Positions 24,954-38,164 of a stretch of 64,000 nt of DNA are shown here, piece after piece. Numbering within the stretch: position 1 is the stretch's first letter; every line of letters starts with the position of its first letter. The stretch covers positions 31,520,250 to 31,584,249 of the forward strand of contig NC_134026.1 of NCBI RefSeq assembly GCF_964204645.1, in the 5' to 3' direction. The stretch is from Tubulanus polymorphus (taxonomy: Eukaryota > Animalia > Nemertea). Made by a program: the position numbers and the translations under genes. The notes under the pieces are model-generated. The model made no database searches. It saw only the letters and a program-made list of their open reading frames with translations, and had not been told where the DNA came from.

Positions 24954-27900
24954 ATGAAGACATATTCAGTACCCGTTGATTTTGAGGATGATTCATTGAT
25001 AGATGAGGAGGAAAGCGACGATGTGAACGCTAGGTTACTGCGGCAGACGACGATGGATAACGACAGACCGACCCCTGGCTCGTCGCTGACTGCAGCAGGT
25101 AATATATCTGTGATATAACATGCTGTTCCTCCTGTGAATAGTGAAATGAAATAGGCCTACATTGTTTTCAATGCATGTTTTTTAGATGCAGCAGTTACTG
25201 ATATTCATAATGATGATCATTGCACTTATGAAGAAGCCATCAAAAGAACAGGTAAAATCTTTAACTCAGCTCGAAAAATTAAGATTCATTTTCAGTTTTT
25301 GACCTGGACAGAGTTCCTCAATATGATAGACACAGTTCCACAGTTCTAGACCCAGTCCCACTGTTCTGAATCCAGTCCCACTATTCTGAATCCAGTCCCA
25401 CTGTTCTGAATCCAGTTCCAACTGTTCTGTAGTTAGTTCCACTGTTTTGTATTTATTTAGTTCCACAGTCTGTTCTGAATTAGTTATTGTATTATATTTG
25501 TTGTTGTAGGTAATGGATGGTTTCATATAAGGTTATTACTGCTATGTGGTTGGGCGTTGTGTAGTGATGCTATCGAAGTCCTCTGCGTATCATTTCTATT
25601 ACCGGCTGCTGAATGTGATTTAGACCTTACCTCACAAAGGAAAGGTGTTTTAAATTCTGTGATATTTCTTGGTAAGTAACATTCTCCTCGATCCAAGGTT
25701 ACAAGTTAATACCTGTCTTAGAAACCAACATCAGTTTGAGTTAATCTAAAGGAACAAGTTTTCCAAATGTGGTAAGACTGGTTGGTCTTAAGTTGTTAGA
25801 TTGGTTTTAGAACCAAAATGAGTTTAGACTGGTCTTAAGTTGTTAGATTGGTTATAGAACTTAAATCAGATTAGACTGGTCTTAAGTTGTTAGATTGTTT
25901 ATAGATCCAGAATGAGTTTAGACTGGTCCTAAATTGTTAGATTGGTTATAGAACTTAAATGAGCTTAGACTGGTCTTAAGTTGTTAGATCGGTTATAAAA
26001 CTAAAATGAACTTAGACTGGTCTTAAGTTGTTAGATCGGTTATAAAACTAAAATGAACTTAGACTGGTCTTAAGTTGTCAGGGTTAAGTTGTCCGGGTTA
26101 AGTTGTCGGTTATAGAACTAAGTTGCTCTTAGGTCGGACTTAAATCGAAGCCATCTCTGAATCTGCCTTTAGTTGCATCGTTGAGACCTAAATTTAAGAC
26201 CACTCTTTGATACTATTAGCTTTACTTTTAAGAATCATTTCTCTGCCAAAGGTACAACTTGGTCCAGTGCTAGAATTCTAGCGCGACCCTCAGTATATTT
26301 ATTTATTTAATTTATAGGTATGATGTTTGGTAATTATATATGGGGAACGCTCGCTGATGTTCAGGGTAGGAAGCGGATTCTACTGTATTCACTAACGTTG
26401 AATGCTGTCGCTAATTTCGCGTCGAGTTTCTCACAAGTTTATTGGTTGTTTTTACTGCTTAGATTTGTCAGCGGTATCGGGTGAGTATGATCCACAATCT
26501 CTTAGCTCCTGAATTGATTTTATCGAAATTGACTCATGCATCGTGTATTATTTGTTTTCAGGGTTGGAGGGAGTCTGCCCGTTGTGTTCTCATACTTTGT
26601 TGAGTTTCAGCCGAAATCCAGGCGCGGTTCGATGGTCAGTGCTTTAGCTACATTCTGGATGAGTGGAAGTATGATAGCTCCAGGTTAGTGTTTATTCCCC
26701 ACTACGGACGTACGACTCCCGCTGTATGTTTTATTCCCCACTACGGACGTACGACTCCCGCTGTATGTTTTATTCCCCACTACGGACGTACGACTCCCGC
26801 TGTATGTTTTATTCCCCACTACGGACGTACGACTCCCGCTGTATGTTTTATTCCTCACTACGGACGTACGACTCCCGCTGTATGTTTTATTCCCCACTAC
26901 GGACGTACGACTCCCGCTGTATGTTTTATTCCCCACTACGGACGTACGACTCCCGCTGTATGTTTTATTCCCCACTACGGACGTACGACTCCCGCTGTAT
27001 GTTTTATTCCCCACTGCGGACGTACGACTCCCGCTGTATGTTTTATTCCCCACTACGGACGTACGACTCCCGCTGTATGTTTTATTCCCCACTACGGACG
27101 TACGACTCCCGCTGTATGTTTTATTCCCCACTACGGACGTACGACTCCCGCTGTATGTTTTATTCCCCACTACGGACGTACGACTCCCGCTGTATGTTTT
27201 ATTCCCCACTACGGACGTATGACTCCCGCTGTATGTTTTATTCCTCACTACGGACGTACGACTCCCGCTGTATGTTTTATTCCCCACTACGGACGTACGA
27301 CTCCCGCTGTATGTTTTATTCCCCACTACGGACGTACGACTCCCGCTGTATGTTTTATTCCCCACTACGGACGTACGACTCCCGCTGTATGTTTTATTCC
27401 CCACTACGGATGACCGATGTATATTTGATATTTTCTAGGTTTAGCCTGGGCTATCATTCCCCATACGACTATCGGATATTTCTCCTCCACTTTCACCTAT
27501 AACAGTTGGAGGATATTTGTAGCCGTCTGCTCATTACCGAGTTTATCGTCTGCTATTCTATTCGCTTGTATGCCGGAGAGTCCTAAATTTCTGCTGATGG
27601 TAAGTTATCGTCTAGTCCCATATATTATTCATAATTGCCCTAAAAATCTCAATCTTTGACTATTTCTCTCCAAAGGTTTCACTTAGAGTTGAATATTTTG
27701 TTTGAATATTTTAGAGTGGAAATGATACTGAAGCAATCCGTATATTAAAACGAGTTCACCGTGTAAATAATAAAACTGGATCCTTCTCAGTAAGTACCAC
27801 TGTTTATTATTGCTTATTAATTTGTTTTGCTTTTTTCCTAAGTTCATTGAACCTCACGACGTGACTGCAGCCTTTGAAGTGTTGCCCTCATAGTGTTAGC

Positions 27901-29858
27901 AGTCAGCAGGACTCGAACCCACTTCTCACTTAGCACTGTCAGAGTGCACCATCGTTACTTGTATCAGTGATAGCGAATATTGTTATGATATTTTGATAGG
28001 TATCTCGTATCATGATGTGATATTTTGATAGGTATCTCGTATCATGATGTGATATTTTGATAGGTATCTCGTATCATGATATGATATTTTGATAGGTATC
28101 TCGTATCATGATGTGATATTTTGATAGGTATCTCGTATCATGATGTGATATTTTGATAGGTATCTCGTATCATGATATGATATTTTGATAGGTATCTCGT
28201 ATCATGATATTGTATTTTGATAGGTATCTCGTATCATGATGTGATATTTTGATAGGTATCTCGTATCATGCAAAGAGATGATTTGAAAGTAAACATTCGT
28301 GGAAATGATAGTAGTGAGGATGAAATTGAAGATGAATTTCTGCTCGGACGAGGAGGATGTAGAGAACAGTGCGCTCTTGCTGTTAAAGCTAACATTAAAG
28401 AGGTTAGTCTGAAACTGATCCTGATTTGCGTCAGTCTGAAACTGATCCTGATTTGCGTTAGAAACTGATGCGATCATGTGTTTAATGATTGTTATATTTG
28501 ATATATTTCAGTTCTTACGATCAGCGAGATTATTATTCAAACCACCATTATTACGAAAAACATTGATTTTACTCACCATTAATTTAACTCTTGCATTTGG
28601 GTAAGTGTGATGTGGTAAGAGAGGGAAAGAGGTGGAATGAGTGGAGAGAACAGAGGAGAGAGGGACATGGAGGGAGAGAGAGTGAGAGGGAGAAAGTGAG
28701 ACTGGAGGGAGAGGGGTAGGCAGAGTTGAGAATGAGAGTGGAGGGAGAGGGGGAGACAGGGTTGAGAGGGAGGAGAGAGGGACGCGGAGGGCGAGGGGGA
28801 GTGGATTGAGGAGGGAGATGTTGTGGAGTTGAGATGGAGTTGAGAGGGGAGAGAGTTATTTGAATACCTCACTATACCTGATATCGTGTATCGTGTATTG
28901 TGTATCGTGTATCGTGTATCGTGTATCGTGTATCGTGTATCGTGTATTGTAGGTTCTATGGATTATGGATGTGGTTCCCGGAATTATTTAAACGTATGAA
29001 GGAAACTGGTGGCTCCGCCTGCGGGCAGACGGCGTTTAATCATTCTCACGTACCGGTAAATAGAACATGTGATGGCGGGAAAGATGTAGCTATTTTCACC
29101 GAAGGATTTATCACTGCTGCTGCTAATTTACCTGGCAATTTATTTACTATTTGTGTGATGGATTATATTGGAGCTAGAATACTGTTAGGTATGTGATAAC
29201 GCTGGAACTCCTAAACCTGTTCAGGCTGGAACCCCTAAGGTTGCAGGTTCCAGTGGGTAGGAGATTCCAGGCTGAGACAATTGTAGGGTTCAGGCTGAGG
29301 GTGTGGAGGGCCCAAGACAGCCTGGACTAGACTGTAGATTCAATCTCTGGTTGTAATTAATCATTGTAATTAATCATTATAATAAATGATTGTATGTCCG
29401 ATTGTAATTAATGATTGTATCTATGATTTCAGCTGTATCTATGGTATTATCGGGAATCAGTGTATTTTTCATCTGGTTTGTAAATACTGAAACTCAAGGT
29501 TTGATAATGTCATGCATATTCTCCGGGATCTCGACGATCGGTTGGAACTCATTGGACGTAATAAGCGTTGAGTCTTTCCCTACGAGTGTCAGGTAAATAT
29601 CAATCTCTTTATCAATCCGAACAGCTCCCTTTATTTAACTCGACTAGTAAAATGTGGTGGTAAATATTTTTCAGATCGTCGTCTATAGGTCTTCAGTCAG
29701 CTATAGCTAGATTAGCTGCGATTGCTGGAAACCTTGCGTTCGGAGGTTTAGTGGATTATTATTGTATAATTCCGATGTTACTGGTGGCTGCTTTGCTGAC
29801 TATTGGAGGAATTAGCGCTTTCAAATTACCTAAACTCACGCGTCAGGATATTGACTAA
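24954..29858 (+). CDS. Synaptic vesicle glycoprotein 2 (SV2)-like MFS transporter
   Basis: Approximate exons: 24954-25098, 25186-25251, 25510-25671, 26319-26481, 26562-26683, 27439-27599, 27715-27789, 28256-28402, 28512-28601, 28933-29188, 29433-29592, 29675-29858. Motifs WGTLADVQGRKR, GVGGSLPVVFSYFVEFQPKSRRG, WRIFVAVCSLPS, MPESPKFL, FYGLWMWFPELF, ESFPTSVR. Confidence 0.9.
25780..26160 (+). repeat. 47-bp dispersed satellite (TAGACTGGTCTTAAGTTGTTAGATTGGTTATAGAAC...)
   Basis: Tandem array here; reverse arrays at about 46905-47365 and 58830-59195; short copies at about 1590-1660 and 49210-49400. Confidence 0.9.
26688..27410 (+). repeat. 39-bp near-perfect intronic minisatellite
   Basis: Unit TATGTTTTATTCCCCACTACGGACGTACGACTCCCGCTG, about 18.5 copies, filling almost the whole intron. 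Confidence 0.97.
27860..27960 (-). mobile_element. Degenerate tRNA-derived SINE fragment
   Basis: B-box GTGGGTTCGAGTCCTGC on the minus strand, with no complete cloverleaf. Confidence 0.4.
27987..28270 (+). repeat. 32-bp minisatellite spanning the 3' splice site (9 copies)
   Basis: Unit GATATTTTGATAG|GTATCTCGTATCATGATGT; only the last AG (28255) opens the coding frame. Confidence 0.93.
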
Positions 29859-30490
29859 TTAAACTCACACCAGTATATCCACTAATTCTGCATAATTGTA
29901 TAAATGACTTATAGTTCATTGTTATCAGCTGTATGAATAATTCATGAAATGAGGTAAATAATGCTTGTTTAAAATGATTATTGCACGAGATCTTCTTAGC
30001 ATCAGATTTAACTCATTAAAAAAATGAACTTATTTTTAAACTCTTGAACTCGCACAACTGTGGAACAAGGTCCAGAAATACTGTGGAACTGGATCCAGTA
30101 CTGTGGAACTGAGTTCAGTACTGTGGAACTGGGTTCAGAACTGTGGAACAGGGTTCAGAACTGTGGAACTGGGTTCAGAACTGTGGAACAGGGTTCAGAA
30201 CTGTGGAACTGGGTTCAGAACTGTGGAACTGGGTTCAGTACTGTTATTCCAATAATGATGTTTTCTCACTTATTGAGTAATCAATATAATTATTATCATT
30301 AATACATAATGTATATATATATATATATTTTCGGAGGAAGTATTATAAATTATTAATAATACTTAAGAGTATTTGATAATGCTGTATTGTGTCAGTGTTT
30401 GTCTATTTTCTTTGATATTTCTAATAAATCTTTATCCATCATGAAAATCTTTTTTTTCTATTTTCTATTTCTGAATCCTTCACAGCGGTC

Positions 30491-31719
30491 GACCCTTTTC
30501 AAACTGCAGACCCTATTCAAACTGCAGACCCTTTTCAAACTGCAGACCCTTTTCAAACTGCAGACCCTATTCAAACTGCAGACCCTATTCAAACTGCAGA
30601 CCCTTTTCAAACTGCAGACCCTATTCAAACTGCAGACCCTATTCAAACTGCAGACCCTATTCAAACTGCAGACCCTATTCAAACTGCAGACCCTTTTCAA
30701 ACTGCAGACCCTTTTCAAACTGCAGACCCTTTTCAAACTGCAGACCCTATTCAAACTGCAGACCCTTTTCAAACTGCAGACCCTATTCAAACTGCAGACC
30801 CTATTCAAACTGCAGACCCTATTCAAACTGCAGACCCTATTCAAACTGCAGACCCTATTCAAACTGCAGACCCTATTCAAACTGCAGACCCTATTCAAAC
30901 TGCAGACCCTATTCAAACTGCAGACCCTATTCAAACTGCAGACCCTATTCAAACTGCAGACCCTATTCAAACTGCAGACCCTTTTCAAACTGCAGACCCT
31001 ATTCAAACTGCAGACCCTATTCAAACTGCAGACCCTATTCAAACTGCAGACCCTATTCAAACTGCAGACCCTATTCAAACTGCAGACCCTATTCAAACTG
31101 CAGACCCTATTCAAACTGCAGACCCTATTCAAACTGCAGACCCTATTCAAACTGCAGACCCTTTTCAAACTGCAGACCCTATTCAAACTGCAGACCCTTT
31201 TCAAACTGCAGACCCTATTCAAACTGCAGACCCTATTCAAACTGCAGACCCTATTCAAACTGCAGACCCTATTCAAACTGCATACCCTATTCAAACTGCA
31301 GACCCTATTCAAACTGCAGACCCTTTTCAAACTGCAGACCCTATTCAAACTGCAGACCCTATTCAAACTGCAGACCCTATTCAAACTGCAGACCCTTTTC
31401 AAACTGCAGACCCTATTCAAACTGCAGACCCTATTCAAACTGCAGACCCTATTCAAACTGCAGACCCTATTCAAACTGCAGACCCTTTTCAAACTGCAGA
31501 CCCTATTCAAACTGCAGACCCTTTTCAAACTGCAGACCCTATTCAAACTGCAGACCCTTTTCAAACTGCAGACCCTATTCAAACTGCAGACCCTTTTCAA
31601 ACTGCAGACCCTATTCAAACTGCAGACCCTATTCAAACTGCAGACCCTTTTCAAACTGCAGACCCTATTCAAACTGCAGACCCTTTTCAAACTGCAGACC
31701 CTATTCAAACTGCAGACCT
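30491..31719 (+). repeat. 18-bp satellite (about 68 copies), followed by a fragment of the tRNA-like element (31720-31835, reverse)
   Basis: Unit GACCCT(A/T)TTCAAACTGCA, then CTGGGTTCGAACCCGGGACACCCCTGTACATCCTC. Confidence 0.97.
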
Positions 31720-32560
31720 CCAGCAATCAGTATATCAATAAACCTGGGTTCGAACCCGGGACACCCCTGTACATCCTCGGTACTAGTCGGCATCAGCGTC
31801 AATGAACTTGGGTTCGAACCCGGGACACCCCTGGTTCCCCTATTCTCCTTACATATCGTTCTTCCTCTAACAGATAAAACTCGTTAAGAGAATTTCAAAT
31901 ATAATATTGATCTTTATTGATTCAATTATTCCACGTTAAATTTCTCTAGTTTGGCTAATACATACTCTATGGCAGCCATCTTGAGTGATAAACTACCTCA
32001 AACTAACAATTTGACTCGTCACAAAAACATAAATCTAATAATTAATATTATGTTGACTATTATTATAATAAATTTAATATATATAACATAATGAATAAAT
32101 TCTAAGGATTATAAAATGCATGCATTAATTATATCAGTACAGAGAATTGTGCCCTGGCAACTGAGGAAATCATGGCAGTTAAAACAACGGATAACAATAA
32201 ATGTTTTCAATACCTGAATTTTCATCGTAAAAATAAAACCACAATCAATTTATTGATTTACGATCAGTGTGTGAGCAACAATAGAAATATCTATCATGTA
32301 AAATTGAGCGAAAACTATTTCAGTCTCGACTGTGAGTTAGTGAGTTGTGAGATGAGAGAGATGTGTGTGTATGAACTATTATATCAACAGATATGTCAGT
32401 GGTGCATCCTCCCCCCTTCTCCCCTCCCCCTCCCTCTCTCAGTATCAACTATATCAAAAACCTGATGACGTTTACTCAAAGATTTTATAAAAATTAGTCA
32501 TTTTTTTATCGTGGCTAAAATGATCATCACTCCCCGACCCGAGTTTGACAGTGGCTCCCC

Positions 32561-35520
32561 CTACATCTCTCTAACCCCAGCTGTTTGTGATATTGTTTTA
32601 TGACGACCCCCGATACTAATGCTCGCAGGACACAATGTTTCATGGTTTCTACGGTTACTTTTGTTAATGACAGCTGATTTAGAATGAATGTTTGCGTTAT
32701 ACTTGTTTAAATGATTATCGGTTCCACCACTAGGTGTCACCACTGCTGCTGCTGCTGCCGATGTTGTATCCGATGGAGACGGCGTTGATTTTCTATCGTC
32801 TGATCCGTCGTTGGTATTATCGCTATCGGTTACGCGTTGTTGAATGGATTCTGTTTCCGTGGTAACTAGGTCCGGTTTACTGATATTGTCTCGTAAGAAT
32901 ACGACGATCACCGATATATTATCCATCGAACCGTTTTCTCTAGCGATATCGACCAATCGCTGAGCAGCGTCTGCTCGTTGACCGTCTGCTGACGAATCGT
33001 AAACTGTTTGTATCAACTGAGTAAATGAGATACAATCCCATAATCCATCGCAAGCTAACACGATGTAATCCTCAGAGCCCTCTAGTGGCAATGTAGCGAC
33101 ATCGGCATCAGAACTAACGTACGGTTTGTGTTTTATATCACCTGAATTAAATCAATAAATAATAGAAATATTAATCACGTTCCCTCGATAGGAGCACCGT
33201 GCAACGACACAAAACCCTGTCCGCCTCGAGTGGCTATACCAACCCCTACTAGTGGTCCAGGCTATACCAACCCCTACTAGTGGTCCAGGCTATACCAAAC
33301 CCCTCCCTGCTGCCCTACTAGTGGTCCAGGCGATCCCTCCCTGCTGCCTCACTAGTGGTCCAGGCGATCCCTCCCTGCTGCCTCACTAGTGGTCCAGGCG
33401 ATCCCTCCCTGCTGCCTCTATACCGCCCAACCTCCTCTTACTGACCTATAGCTCTTGAAACTGATAAACCTCCGTTTACTCTCCAAGTTCCGTACCACAA
33501 AACACAACCTCCTAACGCTTCAATCCGTAATTTCTCATCCTATATAAAAATACAACAATCAAACAAAGAACAGCCTATAATTACATTTGAGATAAGTTTG
33601 ATGTATTGTAAAATGTATCTGCTGATTTTACTTGTCACAATTGTTTTTATCCAGAAGTTCTAAACTTTTAGATTTTAGAAATAGAAATATATCATCATTA
33701 TCATCATACAACCACTAAGGACTGACCGACCGACTGACCGACTGACTGACCGACCGACCGAGGACTGACCGATCGATTGACTGACCGACCGACTGATTGA
33801 CTGACCGAGGACTGACTGACTGACCGACCGAGGAATGACTGACTGACCGACCGACTGACTGATTGACTGACCGACCGACTGATTGACTGACCGATCGATT
33901 GACTGGCCGATTGATTGACTGACCGGCCGATTGATTGACTGACTGACCGACTGAGGACTGACCAGCCAACCGATCGATTGACTGACTGACCGACTGATTG
34001 ACCGACCGACTGACCGATTGACTGACCTCACGTTCTGGTTTATGTGGACTCATTATTTCTACTGGTTTCCCGTTTCTGACCAATAAAACTTGCGAGTCAC
34101 CGAGCCATGCTATATGTAACTTCTTATCTCTCAGTAAAACTGAAACTCCTGTTGAGCCACTCCTTAAATCCTACAAATACAAACAGTTCAGCAAATTATG
34201 GACCTTGTTTGTTTCGTTCATTGCATTATGATGTCATTACTAGGAAGCAAAACATTATAGTTTATTTTTTTCTAACAAGTTGGTATTTCAATTGACTGAA
34301 TTCGCAACAAAGAAACTAAAATATTGTATTCAAACCTATCATCACTTTATGACAATTCTCTAAAAAATCTATCTAACAGCGGATGGGCCTGGCGCAAAAG
34401 AAGATGGCACACCATCTATTGAGTGAAATATGAACTAACCTCTCGTTCAGCTTTTAAAGAGAACAGTTTATCGGTTGTATTGTAAGCCTCTCTCAGAGCT
34501 GTTTGTTCATCAGTATCGAACTGACAATGTTTCACTAAGTGTCCTAATAGTTGACTAGCTGTGTAAGCAGACGCATCAGAACCACCGTGGCCGTCAAAAA
34601 CACCAAAATACGACCCACTCTAGAAAACAAATGAAAAATTGTAAATATTTCATCAGGGAACTCGGTTGCGTCGGGTCTGAGTTGAGCATCAGGGAAATAA
34701 AAGAAGAGAAAGAAGAGATAATAGTTAATAGATATACCTGAACGTCGTTGTATAATGCCGATATCACCGGGACGATCACATGACGATCTTCCATCTTACG
34801 ACGCACGTTTTTAATCGCACAAACCGACCAATCATAAACTCCGTCTGCTGGTATTGTAAAACGGGGTAGATTCTCGAACCATCGACGACACGTTATTATC
34901 AACTGTTGAAACGTTTCCCGGGCGACAGGGTAGGCTTCGTATTCTGTGAAATAAAGAGAGGAATGAACGACACGTGGATCGGGTGGATAGGGTGGAATTA
35001 TCGGATTATAACTTACGAGGATCTCCATCTGAAATGACAGACTTTGCTTGAAATTCACTAAGATCTGAGATGAGTAGATTATCAGCGATTTGACGAGCTA
35101 AATGAGCTACTAAAATACACGGGCATTTCCTACAGAAAACAGTTACATCGATTACTTTAGAACAGCCTGGAGCCACCCTCACAGTCTGGAGCCACCCTAG
35201 TCTAGGCGTATCTAGCCGTTCTTCACAACTGCCGGTTGTAGGGGAACCCCGTACCCCACTCGTTACAGCTTGGAACCCCCGATAGCCTGACGCCACAACC
35301 ATCACAGCCCCACAGCAGTATTTCATACTTACCGTTGTTGCTGATAAAGATATTGTAGAATCCAATCAATAATTTCACCTTCTAATTCGTTGAGACTGAT
35401 GAATTCTGGTATAATACGGAATGGAAATGTCCTCTCATCATCGACAGGATCACTGTGCGACTTATTAAACTGTTCCAGAAAATTCAGAAATGAAGCTTCA
35501 GTATTTACTGCAGCCATCAT
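32561..35520 (-). CDS. PPM1E: Protein phosphatase 1E/1F-like (PP2C, CaMK phosphatase)
   Basis: Approximate exons: 35520-35333, 35129-34738, 34619-34439, 34169-34026, 33539-33444, 33142-32561. Motifs [69 protein letters not shown]. Confidence 0.9.
33718..34026. repeat. GACT/GACC/GATT tetranucleotide-type microsatellite abutting a donor
   Basis: On the minus strand the donor GAG|GTCAGT runs directly into GTCA/GTCG/ATCA repeats. Confidence 0.9.
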
Positions 35521-36520
35521 CAGTGGTTATTTAGTGGAGTGACTCGCTCGCGGGGTGTGCTGTGAGATACGGGAGAGATCAGTCAAGCTACATCGTTGAG
35601 TTAACCCTCACTCGAAAACTGAAACTAAATCAACAAAACACAAGTTACCAACAACATCAGCAGCAGCAGATAAATAAAATGAGGGTAGAAATGATATGAG
35701 GAAGAGAAGCACTAACTTGGGGATTCCACCTCTGAACTGCAGCAGCCGCAGCATCCATCAATTCAATATTCTTTGAATTGAATTGGTAGATCCTCGCCTG
35801 CCACAAGTGGAATCCCTTACTTGAACTTTCATTTTATTGCTCCATTACTTGACTGCCACAGTCGACTACGGAGCTCGAACTCAGTTCCGATCCGGCGGAC
35901 GACTAAGTTGTAGAACTGTAGTTCAAATAGTCAAAAACAAAGTACATAAGCGAAATTTAGTGGCCAGGGGGACCCGAGGCCCACGGCTACACGGTTATTA
36001 GTTGACCCGCACGTGCAGTTCGCGCGCCGGAGACACATTACAACAGCGAGCGTGAATTTGCACCAGGCAAATTGAAAATTACCACTTTTATTGCATTGTG
36101 ATTAATAAACTCAATATTATCATTATCATTTACTGAATGGTTTTTCTTTTGAGTTTATTTTTCTTCTATCAGAGGACCGGCATCAATGATGACGTGATTT
36201 TTGTAGGCTTAAGCAAATTTTAACACTTAATGCGGAAAAAAGTGGCAGGTGGCAGTTTTTCACTTAGTGAATTGCATCATTGCATAATCATGACTTGTCT
36301 GACTTATCACAACTAGTATCCTCATGGACAGAATGACCCTGTACGCATGATTTGATACCGCCGTACTCTTTGACCAAAATCAAAAATGGGATAAGAGTAA
36401 ATTGGAACAAGAAACGAAATTCTAATATGGACTTTCCTAAATTTACTTGATGATGTACCGTTTAATCCAGTATCAAAATTGAAGAAAACAATTTGTTTTT
36501 TTTTCAAATTATGAGTGTTA

Positions 36521-36740
36521 GGCTAAACAAAAATGTGACCTTGTTTCTCCGCAGCGGCCGGGTCTATTTGTAAAATATGATAAAATTTATAAACAGTTCA
36601 TTTCTATAGCGGCCGGGTCTGTTATGGTAAAATTGATCATGATTTTAAAAAAAAGTAATGTATAGGGTAGATAGGCGGCCGGCCGGGTCAACATTTAAGC
36701 TCAGCAGAGCGGAGAAACAAGGTATCAATTTTTTTTAGCC
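36521..36740. mobile_element. PIF/Harbinger-like MITE (TTA target-site duplication)
   Basis: tta|GGCTAAACAAAAATGTGACCTTGTTTCTCCGC ... GCGGAGAAACAAGGTATCAATTTTTTTTAGCC|tta. Confidence 0.75.
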
Positions 36741-37624
36741 TTAAGCATGAAGTTTTTGGCAGAATTTCAGAGGATCGGTGCTCCAAGTAATCAAAAAAGC
36801 CTAATATGTCTCCCCTCAATTGAATCGAGGAGTTTTTTAAATGAAAATCTGTCTATTGACGGGATTCTGTGATAGCAGTATGATCATGAATACATGGTAT
36901 TAGTGGGTTTTCCCCCAATGACTCAAATAGACCGCTTTCCTCGTGCATGATGTGAGTTAGTTATCTCGGGGTGCATGAACTGTCCGTGACTAATAAATTA
37001 ATTTCATTAGTAAATGTTTACGCGGTTTCTATGATATGAAGACCTGTGTTGGTGTGAATCTTTAACTGAAGAGCTATCGGTCGGTATAATTTATAAATTA
37101 TTCTAGAATTTAAGAAAAAAAAAACAGGCGGCGGCTAATAAATACGGAGGTAGCTGTTAGTGTTGGGAATCAAGTAATTTATTTCATGGCCTTATTAAAG
37201 TTCCTCCACTATATTGTTCAGCTGACTACTGGCGCGTATTCAACCCGGCGGTGGAACCTCATAATGTTAACCCATTCAACAATAGAGACACAATTGTGGT
37301 TTTTCAGAGTTGTTGTTATCATTCTGACACGCGCTATTGAATACGTCACCGGCTGACCACGGTGTACACAAGCATAGACCATTCACCTCAGCTTACTCAC
37401 ACTGTGAACATGCTACCGTGGATTCTCCTCCTGGCGATTTTCGCTGCGCTCCCGCTCCCGCTCCTGTTCCTGCTTCCTGAGGAACGACGTCTTTATGTTT
37501 TATGTGTTACTGTTTGTCTCCTTGCTGTCCTGTACTGTTATGTGTTCATTAATCCGTTCTATTTTTCAGGTTTTAACCCGTTTTATTTTTCAGGGCCGAT
37601 TTCTCTGTCGATTTTCAACGTTTT

Positions 37625-37860
37625 CAGGAACAAAACTAATGTCCGAAAGCGTCAGCTCTCCTTCGCCGGTCACGTGTCGAGGATGTCAGACAAAGGGTCG
37701 GTCAGGAAATGGCTGCCCTCTACACGCCCTCATACGGAACACGAAAACCAGGATGACGAGGCCTCACTGCCCCCACCTATCTACAAAGTGTGCTGAGTGA
37801 TGTCAATGACGGGCATATCTGTGGGATTGCGCGGGATACAAATGGAGCGGTTATACTGGA
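37625..37860 (+). mobile_element. Degenerate LINE (RTE-like) ORF2 3' fragment
   Basis: RKRQLSFAGHVSRM, then after a frameshift LYTPSYGTRKPG; typical of the RTE-clade post-RT region. Confidence 0.6.
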
Positions 37861-38164
37861 TTGTCACGCTACTAGCATTCATTGTGTCCTTGTGACCGCC
37901 CGGATGAGGGATGATTCTACTGTCACGCTCTTTGTTTCTGGTATTCTGAGTCGGCTGAGGGATGATTCTACTGTCACGCTCTTTGATTTCTAGTTTGAGT
38001 GCTAGTTTTCATTGTGTCCTTGTGACAACCCCGGTCAGTGGATGAAGTCTTTCGTCGGCTTGTGAGTGCTAGTTTCATTGTGTCCTTGTGACAACCTCGG
38101 TCAGTGGATGAAGTCTCTTGTCACGCTTTTGGGTGCTAGTTGAGATCCTGAATCTCAACCCGGT

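Noticed and set aside
26685-27502. Three overlapping ~240-aa repeat ORFs
   Set aside because: 39-bp minisatellite inside an intron of the SV2-like gene.
30387-31805. 472-aa and 422-aa ORFs (TLFKLQ and VCSLNR repeats)
   Set aside because: Translations of an 18-bp satellite that happens to be stop-free on both strands; no unique coding content.
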